A DNA stretch of 64,000 nucleotides from Octopus bimaculoides (taxonomy: Eukaryota). Positions 35,756 to 48,382 of the stretch are shown here, one piece after another; position 1 is the stretch's first letter, and each line of letters begins with the position of its first letter. The DNA lies in assembly GCF_001194135.2 (NCBI RefSeq), contig NC_068983.1, positions 61,158,136-61,222,135 on the forward strand, given 5' to 3'. The translations under genes and the position numbers were made by a program. Under the pieces are notes generated by a model. It saw only the letters and a program-made list of their open reading frames with translations. It was not told the origin of the DNA and did not search any database.

Positions 35756-38700
35756 TTGTTATTAAAATTATTTCAAATTTATCATTAATTGAAGAAATAA
35801 TGTTTCCTTTGTTAAAAAAAAAAAAAAATTCTTGATAGTGTTTTTGGCAAGTGTTATATTTCCCAGTGGCATTAGCACCATAAGTAGACTAGAATAGGTT
35901 TGACCGGGAATTGAAGCCTCAAAACGATTTTGCTTTCATATGAGCTTACTTCATGTCTAAATATGAATAAAAATATTGAATAAGAAATTAGGGTGGAGTT
36001 TTGGAATGGCTCACTTCGTCGGAATTGTGTGTTTTCTTTTTATTATTCTTCATTTTCTTACTATTGTTTCATACAACAGAAATTACGATTCTGGAAGAAT
36101 TACTTTTTGCATTGTTTGTCTCTATCCCTTCTCTAATTCCCCATGAGATAGCGATAACCATTCCAAAAACTCCACCGAAATAAATTTCCCATTTTGGCAC
36201 AAATGGGAGCAGTTAGAAATGACACAGTTGATAGTATCCAGCGTGTCGCTATTATTTATGTCGGACGCATGACAATGATATTTCAAGGCGAGACAGGCTC
36301 TCTATTGTCTCGTCTATCTAAAACTGCCTTTGATATTAAAAAACAGAAATTGTCAGAAATTTATATAGTTCTCGCTTCTATCCATATATAGGCCTATAAG
36401 CCGCTTGTTTAATATGCTATTAAATATACAGTTGTTCATCGTGATATCTTTTTCATTTGTCGTTTTAACTTATCGTTGGGATTTAATGTCTATTGTAACA
36501 CTCCGTTAACAATTTTTCGCCGAAAGAAATAGGTGTAACTTTATTGATTAACTATGTATCTCTCCTCATTCGCACACGTCTATATCCTAACATATCGCCA
36601 CGTCTGTCTGTCGATATTCGCTTATTTCTTAATCTGCCTGACTGTCTTTCTCTCTCTTCATACGTTTGTCTGTGCGTATGTATGTATGTATGGACATCAT
36701 GTGTATCAAAAGACATGAAAATCGAAATCACATGGTCATTTGTATTCACACTTCTACAAATTTCGATCAATATTCCTATAATATTTAGTTTTCAGCGATA
36801 GTTTTTTCTCTGAAGGCTATCGCAGTTGCTCCAACTAATTAGTGTGTGTAGATAGGACGGATTATACGTGTGTGTAAAGTCAATTTTTCAGTATGACAGA
36901 AGGATCGAATTGGCTAGAAATTCACTTGACGCTTGTAGATGAATTGTTTTTGAAGTGTGTGTGAATTAACTTAGAAATATCATACATGGAGAGAATGGAA
37001 AAAAGAAAGGAATGGGAGAAAAGACGTGGAAGATTATTCGGATGCAGACGTGTATGAATGGAGAGAGATAGGCAGTCAATATCAGATAGTCAAACTGATT
37101 TTTTTTCCCTCCGTGTTTTAGAAGCTTTGGATTATTAAATCTATTATATCGATGTTGATAAAATTGCGTAGTCATCTTTGTTAATATCTTCATGGTCCAG
37201 TTGAGGGCTATGTGATGTTTAACCACAGGTTAACACGTACCGAGCAAAATTATGATTAAAGGCATTCCAACCATTACTTTCTCGTCTTTTTGGGGGTTAT
37301 ATACCACTACATTATTTAACGTGTCCTTTTTTTTGAGTCATGGCATTTGTGGATGATTTGACTGCTACTTCTAGCGGATGGAGCGATCACTTAGAGGCTC
37401 TCTCGTTAATATCCATACGCTTGTTTTCTAAATGTAAGCTGGTCTTGATTGAGCAGACCTATTATACAAGATATGCAAGTCGTGACCATCCCTTTTTAGA
37501 ATTGTAGTAATATATATAGGACTACACGGACTGTTGACCATAGCTTTGTACTGGGCTTGGCCTGTAGCTATGTGGAATCATTGTTTAGTTCTAGGTTAGC
37601 TCAAGTCGAGCAAATCAAAGACATTCCATTTGTGACCATTTCCTCATTTTTCCTCAGCTACTTTAACCAATATGTCCTTTTTAAAAAAAAAATGTGGCAA
37701 ATTGTGATTTGAGTGAGATTTTGCTGCTCTTTATAAGCCAGCTAAGTGACCTTATAGAAGCACTCTAACTAGTTTGTAAATGTGTTTGCAATATATGTTA
37801 GGTAATGTCTACAGTTGTGTGCAGTATTGCCAACAGCTGTATGGAGTATTTCCCATGGCTATGTTGGGTTTTTCCCACAGCTATGTGAGTGTCTCCCACA
37901 GTTTTGTGAAGTATTCCTCATACCTGTGTGATTTTTACTAATAGCTATGCTCTGTTGTGTTTGTAAACTGTTTGATGTTCGTTCCTAACTGCCTGCTGTT
38001 TGCTCATAAATGATGAAATAAGCACCAGAGATGCATTGCATGAAACAGAAACTGTAGGAGCTGTTTAAAACGTGGTGTTTACTGTCAAGTGAAGGAGATT
38101 ACACAGTTCTTGCTTTCTAATCTCTTTCACTTGATGGTAAGCCAAAGCATTAATATTAGTGGGATCTCTTTTGTATCTTCAGCACAGTTATCTCTGGGTC
38201 ATATGTGTTTTACTTAACCCATACACTTTACCTGAGTGGGCTAATGAGAACCAAATTAGCCTTTGCAGTAGAAAGGTTCTATCTCTGATCTTTCTGTGGA
38301 CTTAATTCGTGAGACTGAGTGCTAGTCTTGATATTTGCAGTTGGCGAAAGATGTCAAGTCTGCTCCCAAGTTAACTGTGATTTTGGCTACCAATATGCTT
38401 TTATGTGCTGGATAGAAGAATCATACTTACGATTTCTTCGAGAAAGTTAAGTCATCCCATCAGATCCACTTGCAACTTCTAGTCCGTTATTTGATGCAAA
38501 ATGAAAAGCAGGTTCTCATCTTTTGTTTTAACTTTAACATCTTACCACTTAGATGATAAGATATTTATGAAAAATATCAGTGTTCAGAGGCAGTACATAG
38601 ACAAGAGTCTCCTTGTTACCTACAGCATTTCACAAATACTCTGCAAGTATAATGAGCTTACAAATATAAAATTAAGCTCAAAAGGGACCCAAAATCTATC

Positions 38701-39122
38701 GCACATTTGGGTGGTATTGCGTGATGCTTGTTGGTTTTAAATCTGTGCAAGTCCATCCATTTGACAGTTTCTGTAAGGACTTTGTTGTACCTCATCTTGT
38801 ATTCACCTCTGATACCTTAATATGGTTCAAAGTGCTTCACACAGTTTGCAGTATGGGTTCCTTTCATTACCCTAGATTGCTTAAAGTTGGTAAGAGAGTT
38901 AGTCACAGCACACAGAAAGGAGGGCAACCTGCAGACTACCTAACCATGTCATTTCTCTCTCTCTTCCTTGACGACTGTATCATCTTTACTACTCCTACTA
39001 ATCACCACTCCCACTATCTTCTGCATCTCTATCTGTCCCTAGCTCATGGCTCCCTGTTCATCCACCCTTCAACCCTACCCTATTTTGAATCTATTGCAAG
39101 GGACTCAAAATACATGTATTTT

Positions 39123-39500
39123 ATCATCATCAACATCATCATCATCATCATCCTTTAACATTCATTTTCCTTTCTGGCATGGGTTGGACAGTTTGATTGG
39201 AGCTGACAAGCTGGAGAGCTGCACCAAGTTCCAGCTTGATTTGGTTTGGTTTCTATGGCTGGATGCCCTTCCTAACACCAACCACTTCATAGTGTGTGCT
39301 GGGTGCTTTTAATGTGGCACTGCAGGAATGCTTTTATGTGGCACCAGTATGAAGTGTTTTTTACATGACACCAGCACAAGACTCTTGCAGGTCAATCCTT
39401 CTCACCATGAGGAGCAGCTTCAACACTTCAGCTGCATAGGATGGGTCTTCTTGAGTACAGCAAAGTACCAGATATCTCAGTCATCTCGTCTGAAAGGCTC
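39123..39500 (-). mobile_element. RTE 3' UTR/tail copy (old)
   Basis: (CAT)n followed by ...ctggcatgggttgga...ggatgcccttcctaacaccaaccac. Confidence 0.7.
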
Positions 39501-39739
39501 AGTGTCCTGAGGTCATCCTTCAGTACTTTGTCCACTATTTCTCATGCAATCCCCAGCAACTTCTTGTAGAACCCTAGGCATTGAGAAATGCTGTTGTTTA
39601 ATTAGTGTATACTACATTCAGCTAATTTAAGCCTGTCACATTGTCAGTGGTGTGTAGCTAGAGTGTGTACTACCTGGGACAGTCTTGAGTTTGGCACCTC
39701 CACTCCAAATTAATTGCACAGTGATTCTGTCTTAGTACT

Positions 39740-39930
39740 ATGATGTGTATGGGTGAGGATAGCTTCATAAAGATGTACTGGTTGCTTAAAGTGGATGTAA
39801 TTTGTGAAAGAGGGAGATCCAAGACATGGGATGCTGTAGTGAAGGCTGATCTGAAGATGCTGAGCCTTATGGGGGAGATGACAAAGGATCCTGATGTTTG
39901 CTGATTCATTGTACTTGAGAAGAGTTGTCC
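39740..39930 (+). mobile_element. RTE ORF C-terminal fragment
   Basis: KVDVICERGRSKTWDAVVKADLKMLSL. Confidence 0.55.
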
Positions 39931-40761
39931 ATCACAGCCAAAAATTATGTTCTAAAACCGCCTTAGTTATGATTGTACATGCAGGGGCCTTCCCCTCCTC
40001 TCTCACTGCTCCATCAAGCACTTGCTCACATCTCATCCCCTAACACTCATCAATGTTACTACTTGGCTGCTGTAATCACCTCAGAACAGAATTGGTTCAT
40101 ATTACATCCTTTTCCTCATTTCTTTGGACTTCCATTTATCTCCCCCCCTTCCCCTGGAATAACTGCCCACCTTATTTCCACCAATTACCGCCTTTCTGTG
40201 CTTTCAATCATTGCTATGTCTGTCTGTCTCCTCCCTCTCTCTCTCCTCTCTGCCATACTTCATTCTTAACACCTCTCATGTCTCCTATCATTCTCAATAC
40301 CTTCTCATACCTGTCATCACACCTCACTTACTATAGACCCCTCTTATGTATCTCTACATCTCCCTCCCCACCAGGCCTACGTCTTGCACATTGTTTCGTT
40401 ATTTTCTGATATATTTTCCTTCTTGAACCATTCCTATATCTCTTGCTTTACCCCTCTCCATACTGGTATTTCCCATCAACTGCACCTCGACCCTGGTTCA
40501 TCACTCACTACATTCACCTTCATCACTATCAGTCACCATCTATTACTCTTATGAAACTTTCCTCCTCTCCTCTCCTGATCCACTCTCTTATACTCACTTT
40601 CTTGTACCTTGTGAGTTTGCTCTGGCAAATTCACCACCATCTGTATCTTTCTTACAGCTACTTCCACCCACCATTATATAATGTGGTGTTGCTGGTTGAG
40701 TAACAGTGTGATATATTGTCCATATTTATGAGTCATTTTGCAAATATTTCTTAGAGATATT

Positions 40762-40973
40762 CTTTTCTACTCTAGGCACAAGGCCTGAAATTTTGGGGGA
40801 GTGGGCCAGTTGATTAGATCAACCCCAGTATGCAACTGGTACTTAATTTATCGACCCCGAAAGGATGAAAGGCAAAGTTGACCTTGATGGAATTTAAACT
40901 TAGGATGTAAAGACAGACGAAATACTGCTAAGCATTTTGCCTGGTGTGCTAACGTTTCTGCCAGCTTGCCACC
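40762..40973 (-). mobile_element. CORE-type SINE with ~12-bp TSD
   Basis: TSD cttagagatatt at 40750-40761 and 40973-40984. Confidence 0.85.
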
Positions 40974-42084
40974 TTAGAGATATTGCCCAGACTTATATAT
41001 TTGGGTTGTTGCAGTTAGTTGTAGAATATTGACCATGTTCGTATGGAGCATTGCCCTCAGTTATGTAGTTCTACTTAACGTAATGAATAGTTGTTCTGAA
41101 AGAAAGAAATTGTAATCAAAAGACACAGGTAATTCTTTTATAACTACTTATCAATATTATGAAAACCTCAAAGGAAAATTATGTAACTATTATCTTAGAA
41201 TTTATACTTGAGTCAGACGAATCTGGGTTAAAATAAGTCTCCCCTGACCATTATAACTTGGAAAGCTTTGAGGTACTCTTTGTATACTGTGAATAGAATT
41301 TCTACTAATTAGTAGTTCTCATTGATTTAATATCGTTCCTTTGCCAACTGTATGTATCTCACCTATTATACTATATTATTTTCTATCTTAATGATTAACA
41401 ATTTAACATAACTGTCTTATTTAATTGTTATGGACAAGTTATTAAAGACTGATAATGTACCTTTCTATTGACACAGAATATATTAGTAATGTAATTTAAC
41501 TCTTCAGTTTTCAACTACAGCTTCTACAACCAACGAAGGGGATGATACATGGTTGCTCAAACCAACCAAGAACCTCTAACTGGTCACCTAACCTGCCAAA
41601 TCTCCTTTCAAATCACACCTTGCCAATTTAAAAATGTATGAGACTCTGGATAATTTACTATGAAAAAAAAAAGAAGTAAAAAACAGGATGGTCATGGCTG
41701 GATTGCTTTTGATGATAAGTCTGTTCAGAGCAACAATTGTATGATAATTACTCTATTGAATTATTCTAATAGTAAATCCTTTTGTGACTTTACAGTCTGT
41801 AACTGCAGACAAAAATGTATAATAGCATTTCTTTACTTTTTTACTCTTATGGAACTCTTGATATCCATACTATGTCTCGGAACCCCTACATAAAAATTAC
41901 ATATCTTTTGAAATCCTTTTCTTTCTCTTTTATAAAACTAAATTTCGTACGAGATTAAACAAATCCAACTGTCTTTGAAAGGCTCAGTAATACTAAATTC
42001 ATCAGATGCCACAAAAAGGATTTAAGAAATTTCATTTTAACCAAGACCTTGTTTAGACCTAATTCCCCTTAATTCCTTATTAAT

Positions 42085-42275
42085 CATTGGGCATTTAAAC
42101 TTGCCATATCCAGCCCAAATATTCTATCTGTTTTGTGTTCAAAATGGTTAGATTTGACCTTCAATGGCTATGCTACAATGCCATTCTAAAAATAAACAAT
42201 CACATTATTAAAATCTTGAAACAATGAGATAATGCATAATTAATTTGAAACTATGTAAATAAATAAGCATTAGAG
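42085..42275. mobile_element. Degenerate copy of the piggyBac-like MITE family
   Basis: gcatttaaacttgccatatccagcccaaatattc...gagataatgcataattaatt body shared with 54210 and 58979. Confidence 0.55.
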
Positions 42276-43449
42276 AAATATGAATAAGAGGTCATTTTCT
42301 TCCATAGGGTTCCTATTTGCATATGCCACAATTTTAAATATGCTGTGAAAGTATAATAAAATTATGAATATAGGATTAAACACAAAAATGACTCATTGCA
42401 TTTGCATATAATTAGCTTAATTATCACTGTTTTTTGTGAAACACCTTCAGGTTCCAGAGAACAATGTTTGGTAAATATAGTTATAAAGTATATCCTACAA
42501 TTAGTTAATGTAAATCCATCATGTAGCAGTATACCAGCTCCATTAGCAGAACCATTGATACAAGTAAAGAAACTTCTAGTTTAAAAGTGATATGTCAGTT
42601 CTGTCATAGGGTATACCAAGTCTGTTTGGGCACCAAACTTCTTGTCTACAGAGGATAATAAACAATGATTTCTGCAACTTGGCAGCTTTGTTTTTATACA
42701 TTACCACCACACCAACATTTTGATATAAACTACTTTGCTGACTTATGCGTGTGAGAAACACAATTAATGACTACGACTTGCTCCAGTTTATATAGCACCT
42801 GGCATATTTGGTTCCGTAATAATATTCAAACACCAACAACACGAGCCAATGAGGGAACCTCTAAATGGTTACAAGAGCTGCAAGAAATAACACCCAAATC
42901 TCACTCCATCTGCACATTATTATCTTAAAAGTAAGTTACATTGGATAATGTATTCTTTAGTGTCATTGTCATGAAAAAAAAAAGAAAAAAAAAAAAAATC
43001 ACCCAGTGCACTCTGTATGGTGGTTAGTATTAGAAAAGACATCCAACCACAGCAACCATATTAAAGCAGACACCAGAGTTTGATGCAGTTCTCTGGCTCA
43101 TTGGATCATGTGAAACCATTCAACACATGCCAGCATAAAAGATAGATGTTAAATGATGATCGTGATCACACCTGAAACATTTGATTGTAGATTTGCTTGA
43201 TCACACATAACCTGGAGCTAAACAGCTATAACACTTATACAATACAGAGCTGTATGAAGCTAGTCACTGTGGCTCAATTGGAATTGCTGTATTGAGGTAA
43301 ACAAGATGTAGTTTAGGTGTATTGCAAAGCAGGAAATTATTGATGTTATGCAAGCTGATATGATATCAAAGTTTTCAACCCAGAAAATATGTTTGTTGTT
43401 TTTGTTTGTCTTCCAGTCAGTCTTGGTCAAGCAGACTTATGATGATTTT

Positions 43450-43655
43450 GGCTCAAGGCTGGCAATTTTAGAGGAGTGGGTAAGTCAGTTGCATTGACCC
43501 GGTGCTTGAACAGTACTTTATCTTATTGATCCCAAAAGGATGAAAGGTGAAGTCGTCCTTAGCAGGATTTGAACTCAAAATGTAAACAGCCAGAAAAATT
43601 ACAGCTAAGCATTTTATCAGGTGTATTAACAATTCTCTTAGCTCACCACATTAAG
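43450..43655 (-). mobile_element. Degenerate CORE-type SINE
   Basis: gatcccaaaaggatgaaaggtgaagtc...ggatttgaactc...gctaagcattt...gctcaccac. Confidence 0.65.
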
Positions 43656-44879
43656 CAGACTTATAATTAAAGGCAGTCTAGCCACAACTGTCTGATCTTT
43701 TCAGACATAATCTATTTCAGACAACATTATCCAGTAGGAAGGGTAGAGTGTGATTTGAAGGCTACCATATCTAGCAAGTTGTACTGCTACGTAAAATCTT
43801 CCTTCACTAGTGACCATGTACAAACTCTTCATTGCCTGCAGTATGATGTACAAAGAAAATGTTATGTGGTGAATGGTCAAGTGAATTTTGAGTTATATAT
43901 AAAACCATCTTCTGATAATATTTTCTTTCAAGTAAAAGCCCAAACTTAGTTACTAAACATTGGTTTTAAAATAAAATGAAAATATTTTATCCTTTTAAAT
44001 ATGGTAACACCTTTACTATAAACTCTAGTAACAGCTGGTTGATGTTTTTTTTAATTGTTGCAGTAATCTCTGACATAATCTATTCTTTTGTGACAATACT
44101 GCTCTTTTTCATTTTTTTAAAAATATGTGCCTGTTAGTGAAAGGGCTTCATGCAAAGATAAATATATCTGGGAACATGAAAAAACATGATAAATATATTT
44201 GGGAACATGAACTGTGGTTGTAAGTGGAGGTTATATAGTTGTGACTGTAGTTGATGCCTTTTAGGTGAAGTGCAGATAACTATAACAATTGATTTTACAA
44301 TTATGGATTTAATATAAGTTTGATAACCTGACACTCTTAGCTACCCCACTCCCACATTTTGATCATGTCCCAGCATGGCCACAGTCTAAATGACTAAAAC
44401 ATGTAAAAGGTAAAAGATATACAGGATGCAGTGAATAAATTGTTGTCTAAATTACGCAAAAATGAAAATAACACTGACATCTCATTTAAACAGATGTTTT
44501 TACCAAAATGACATAGAAATATCTTGAAATACTAAAGAGTAAATTTATTCAATAAAATCACCATTGGCTTCAACTATGATAAATAAGAAAGATATGAAGG
44601 GGCTGAGAACTGAATCGCGTGAACTCCTACCTGTACACTAATTTGTTGCCGCATTCATTGCTAATTCTCACCTAACTGACAGTAACCCTTGTACATCACT
44701 TGAATGGCTTTCACCTGCTATTCAAATGTAGTTCCTGCAAGGATCACCTGATCAGGAAGCAAGGGACTCTGACAAAAGCTTCCTCAAGATCAACAAATGC
44801 CATATACAGTGGTCTAGTTTTGGTTAAATACTTTTGAAGTTGTTTTACTAGAAAGGGAGCATCAGTAGTGCTTCATCAT

Positions 44880-45500
44880 GGAGCTAAACCAGACTGTATC
44901 TCATTTAGGACCACTCTTTTCCTAATTAGTTGAGCTATTACTCTTTCTGTAATATTCATGACTTGGTCCAGCAATTTGATACTTCTGTAATTACTTCTGT
45001 ATAAGGAACTTCCTTTACCCTTGAAATAGTGGCCTATAATGCTACTTCACCAGTTGATAGGTATGATGCCTTCCTGTACAACATGATTAACTATATGGAT
45101 GACAAGGCTGTATTTCACTCCAACAGATATTTTAAGCATTTCACTGGTAATTTCTAATGGACTAGGGGATTTCTCTGTCTTCATATCCTTAATTGTTTTA
45201 AAATGGTTGGTCCCTTTGTTGAGTTCACATTTATAAGATACTTTCTTTCAGACATTCTCCACATTTACTAATCTTTTGTAGTAGCACTTCCATGCCTCTT
45301 TCTTTTCAGAATAAACTAAGTGCAAGTGTACCATTATCCACGCATACACAATTCTTACCCACAACATCTTGATTCTCTCTGATACATTGTCTTGCTGTGT
45401 GGAAAACCTCATGCCTCTGATGCTCATGCTGCAGAACATTGGCAAACCCCTTTCTCCAGATTGATAGGTGGTCAAGTGACTGACTGACTCACTTGCATCA
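44880..45500 (-). mobile_element. Degenerate RTE RT N-terminal fragment
   Basis: DMKTEKSPSPLEITSEMLK; NYRSIKLLDQVMNITERVIAQLIRKRV. Confidence 0.7.
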
Positions 45501-46539
45501 GAGAACTCTAACATCCTTATTCCCACCTCATTTCTAGAAGCAAAACGAATGAATCAAATGTGGTGCGATGTTGTTGTTTAGCTCAATGTCAGCACTGATT
45601 GAGCTAACCTAGGATAAAACATTCCAGCTGTCACCATGTGTTTTACTTTTAAGGTATCAAAAGATTCTATATAGTGTCACCTACTTTCACCTACATCTGC
45701 ATTCATTTGTCTTTTCTTTCTTTCAATACAAAGCTTAGCTACTTTTTCTGAATATTTTCCTTGTCAGATCAATATTTTGATATTTTCATTATTATCTCTA
45801 ATGTTTAGTTTGGCCATCTCACAGGATTATGACTCAATAGGCTAACGAACTATCACCATATTGTGATGTTTAAATCTCAATACCTTAGTAGTTATAAACA
45901 GGTCCACAACTGTAAATTACTCATTGCAAAGTGCCAGTAATTTAAAATTATTGACTGTTTCAGTAGTTTGTAGAGTTGAGTTCAACTTCTTGGTTTTATC
46001 TTTATCGTAGGTTCACTACAATACCCACTGAAATACCTGGTGGCTTATAGGCTTATAGGGTTCAGTGCCACAATGTTTGACATTAAACAAGCCAGTGATG
46101 GAGTTTCTACATGGCCTCTTAACTTACTAAATCTTTCTCAAGTCATACCCCACCACCTAAGGTAGTCTGAAGTACACTTTCTGAAAAAAGAAAAATATAT
46201 AAGCAATGTTAAATCTCTGAACGAGGTATTAACAGTAACTGACCCTGGGCTAAACACCAGCAAAAACAAACCAAGGAGCTTCTGTGCAGTGGTGCAACTT
46301 CCTAGAAATGGCAGTAAAATCTACCTCAAATCACAGTCTACTATTTTCAAAAGGAAAACGCTAAAGGAAAACATTATAATTGAAAAAAAGTAAAAAAAAA
46401 AAAAAGGTCTTGGCTTGAATGACTCTATTCATAGTTTGTTGAGAACAGAACTGGGGCTAAATAATATTTATTAAAAGGTTAAATCCTAAAATAGTATTTT
46501 TTTTAGCTATTTCATGCCTACTTTATGAATAGGGTTGAG

Positions 46540-48382
46540 ATCATCATCATCATCATCGTTTAATGTCTGCTTTCCATGCTGGCATAGGTTGAACGGTTTG
46601 ACTGAGGACTGGTGAGCCAGAATGCTGCACCAGGCTCCAATCTGATCTGGTAAAATTTCTACAGCTGGATGCCCTTCCTAATGCCAACCACTCCGAAAGT
46701 GTAGTGGGTGCTTTTACGTGCCACCGGCACAAGGACCAGTCAGGTGGTTCTGGCAACGACTACACTCAAAAGGTGTATTTTACCTGCTATCTGCACGGGA
46801 GCCAGTCTGGCGGCACTAGCAACGACCATGCTCGAATGTTGCTTTTCACGTGCCACCGGCACATGTGCCAGTAAGGCGATGCTGGCAACGATCACTCTTG
46901 AATGGTGCTTTTTACGTGCCACTGGCATGGGAGCCAATCAGCAGCCCTGGCAACGATCATGCTCGGATGGTGCTTTTAACGTTCCTCTGGCATGAGTGCC
47001 AATCAGGTGGTACTGTCATCGGCCATGTCAGCAATTTTGATTTTGATTTCACTTGCCTCAACAGATCTTCGCAAGCAAAGTTTATTGTCCAATGAATGAG
47101 GGGTACTCATAAGTGGGCTGGTTACACCCACTAGCATAGGCCATGGGTTATGGTCTCATTTGGCTTGTCTGGTCTTAAGCATATTATATCTCCAAAGGTA
47201 TCGGTCACTAATCATTGCCTTGGTAAGGCCAAATGTTCGACGGTTGTGCTTCACCACCTCATCCCAGATCTTCCTGGGTTCCCTCAACTTCTAGGGTGTG
47301 ACACTTCACACAGCTGTCCTCATTCATTTGCAACACATGACCATACTAGCGCAGTTGTCTCTCTTGCACACCATATCTGATGCTTCTTAAATCCAACTTT
47401 TCTCTCAGGACGCTTACACTCTGTTGTGTATGCACACTGACATTACACATCCAGTGGAGCATACTGACTTCATTCCTTGCAAGCTTACGCATGTCCTCAG
47501 CAGTCACAGCCCATGTTTCACTACCATGGCTGTTCGTACACATGCGTCATACAGTCTACCTTTTACTCTGAGCAAGAAGCCCTTTGTCACCAACAGAGGT
47601 AGGAGCTCTCTGAACTTTGCCTGGGCTATTCTTATTCTAGCAGCTACACTTTCAGAGCATCCACCCCCACTACTGACTTGGTCCCATAGGTAACAGAAGC
47701 TATCAACTACTTGTAGTTTTTCTCCCTGGAATGTGATAGAGGCTGTTCTCTGCATATTTTCAGTGTATACAGCACCTGAGCATTTGCCACATACAAAAAC
47801 TATCTTCCCAGTTAACCTTCCTTTGATATTGCTGCACCTCTTATGTGTTCATAACTTACACTGGGTACATCTTATGGAGTTTCTACCTACGCTTTTTCTA
47901 CAGATCGAGCAGGTCCATCTACCTGAAGGGATTTGTGGTTTGTCTGCCTTCCTACTTATTAAGACTTTGGTTTTAGCTAGGTTGACTCTAAGGCCATTCG
48001 ATTCTAATCCTTGCTTCTTCATCTGCAACTTTTCCTCTAGTTCTGATTGTGACTCAGCACTTAGAGCAAGGTCATCAGTATATAGGAGCTCCCAGGGGCA
48101 TCCTGTCTTGAATTCCTCTGTTATTGCCTGGAGGACTATGATGAATAAGAGGGGGCTGAGGACTGATCCTTGGTGGACTCCTATCCCTACCTGGAATTCT
48201 TCCCTGTACTCATTGCCAACCTTCACCTTACAGACAGCATCCTTATACATGGCTTGCACAGCTCTCGCTAACCATTCATCTATCCTTAGTTTCCTCATTG
48301 ACCACCAGATAAGGGATCGGGGAACCCTATCAAAGGCTTTCTCTATGTCAACGAAAGCCAGGTACAGAGGTTTATCTTTGGT
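46540..48382 (-). mobile_element. 5'-truncated RTE LINE: RT domain, C-terminus, 3' UTR and (GAT)n tail
   Basis: AFVDIEKAFDRVP, GIGVHQGSVLSPLLF, WELLYTDDLAL, QVVDSFCYL; frameshifted; 3' UTR tandem array; (CAT)n from 46540. Confidence 0.92.
46708..47030. repeat. Five diverged ~65-bp tandem units in the RTE 3' UTR
   Basis: gtgctttt(t)acgtgccac-type unit starts at 46708, 46773, 46838, 46905 and 46970. Confidence 0.8.

Noticed and set aside
38430-38500. Strong minus-strand donor GTAAGTA
   Set aside because: All three frames upstream are closed and there is no supporting context; a single motif is expected by chance
46708-47030. CRISPR-like array
   Set aside because: Units are whole diverged tandem repeats with no constant repeat and unique spacer, inside a LINE 3' UTR in an animal genome
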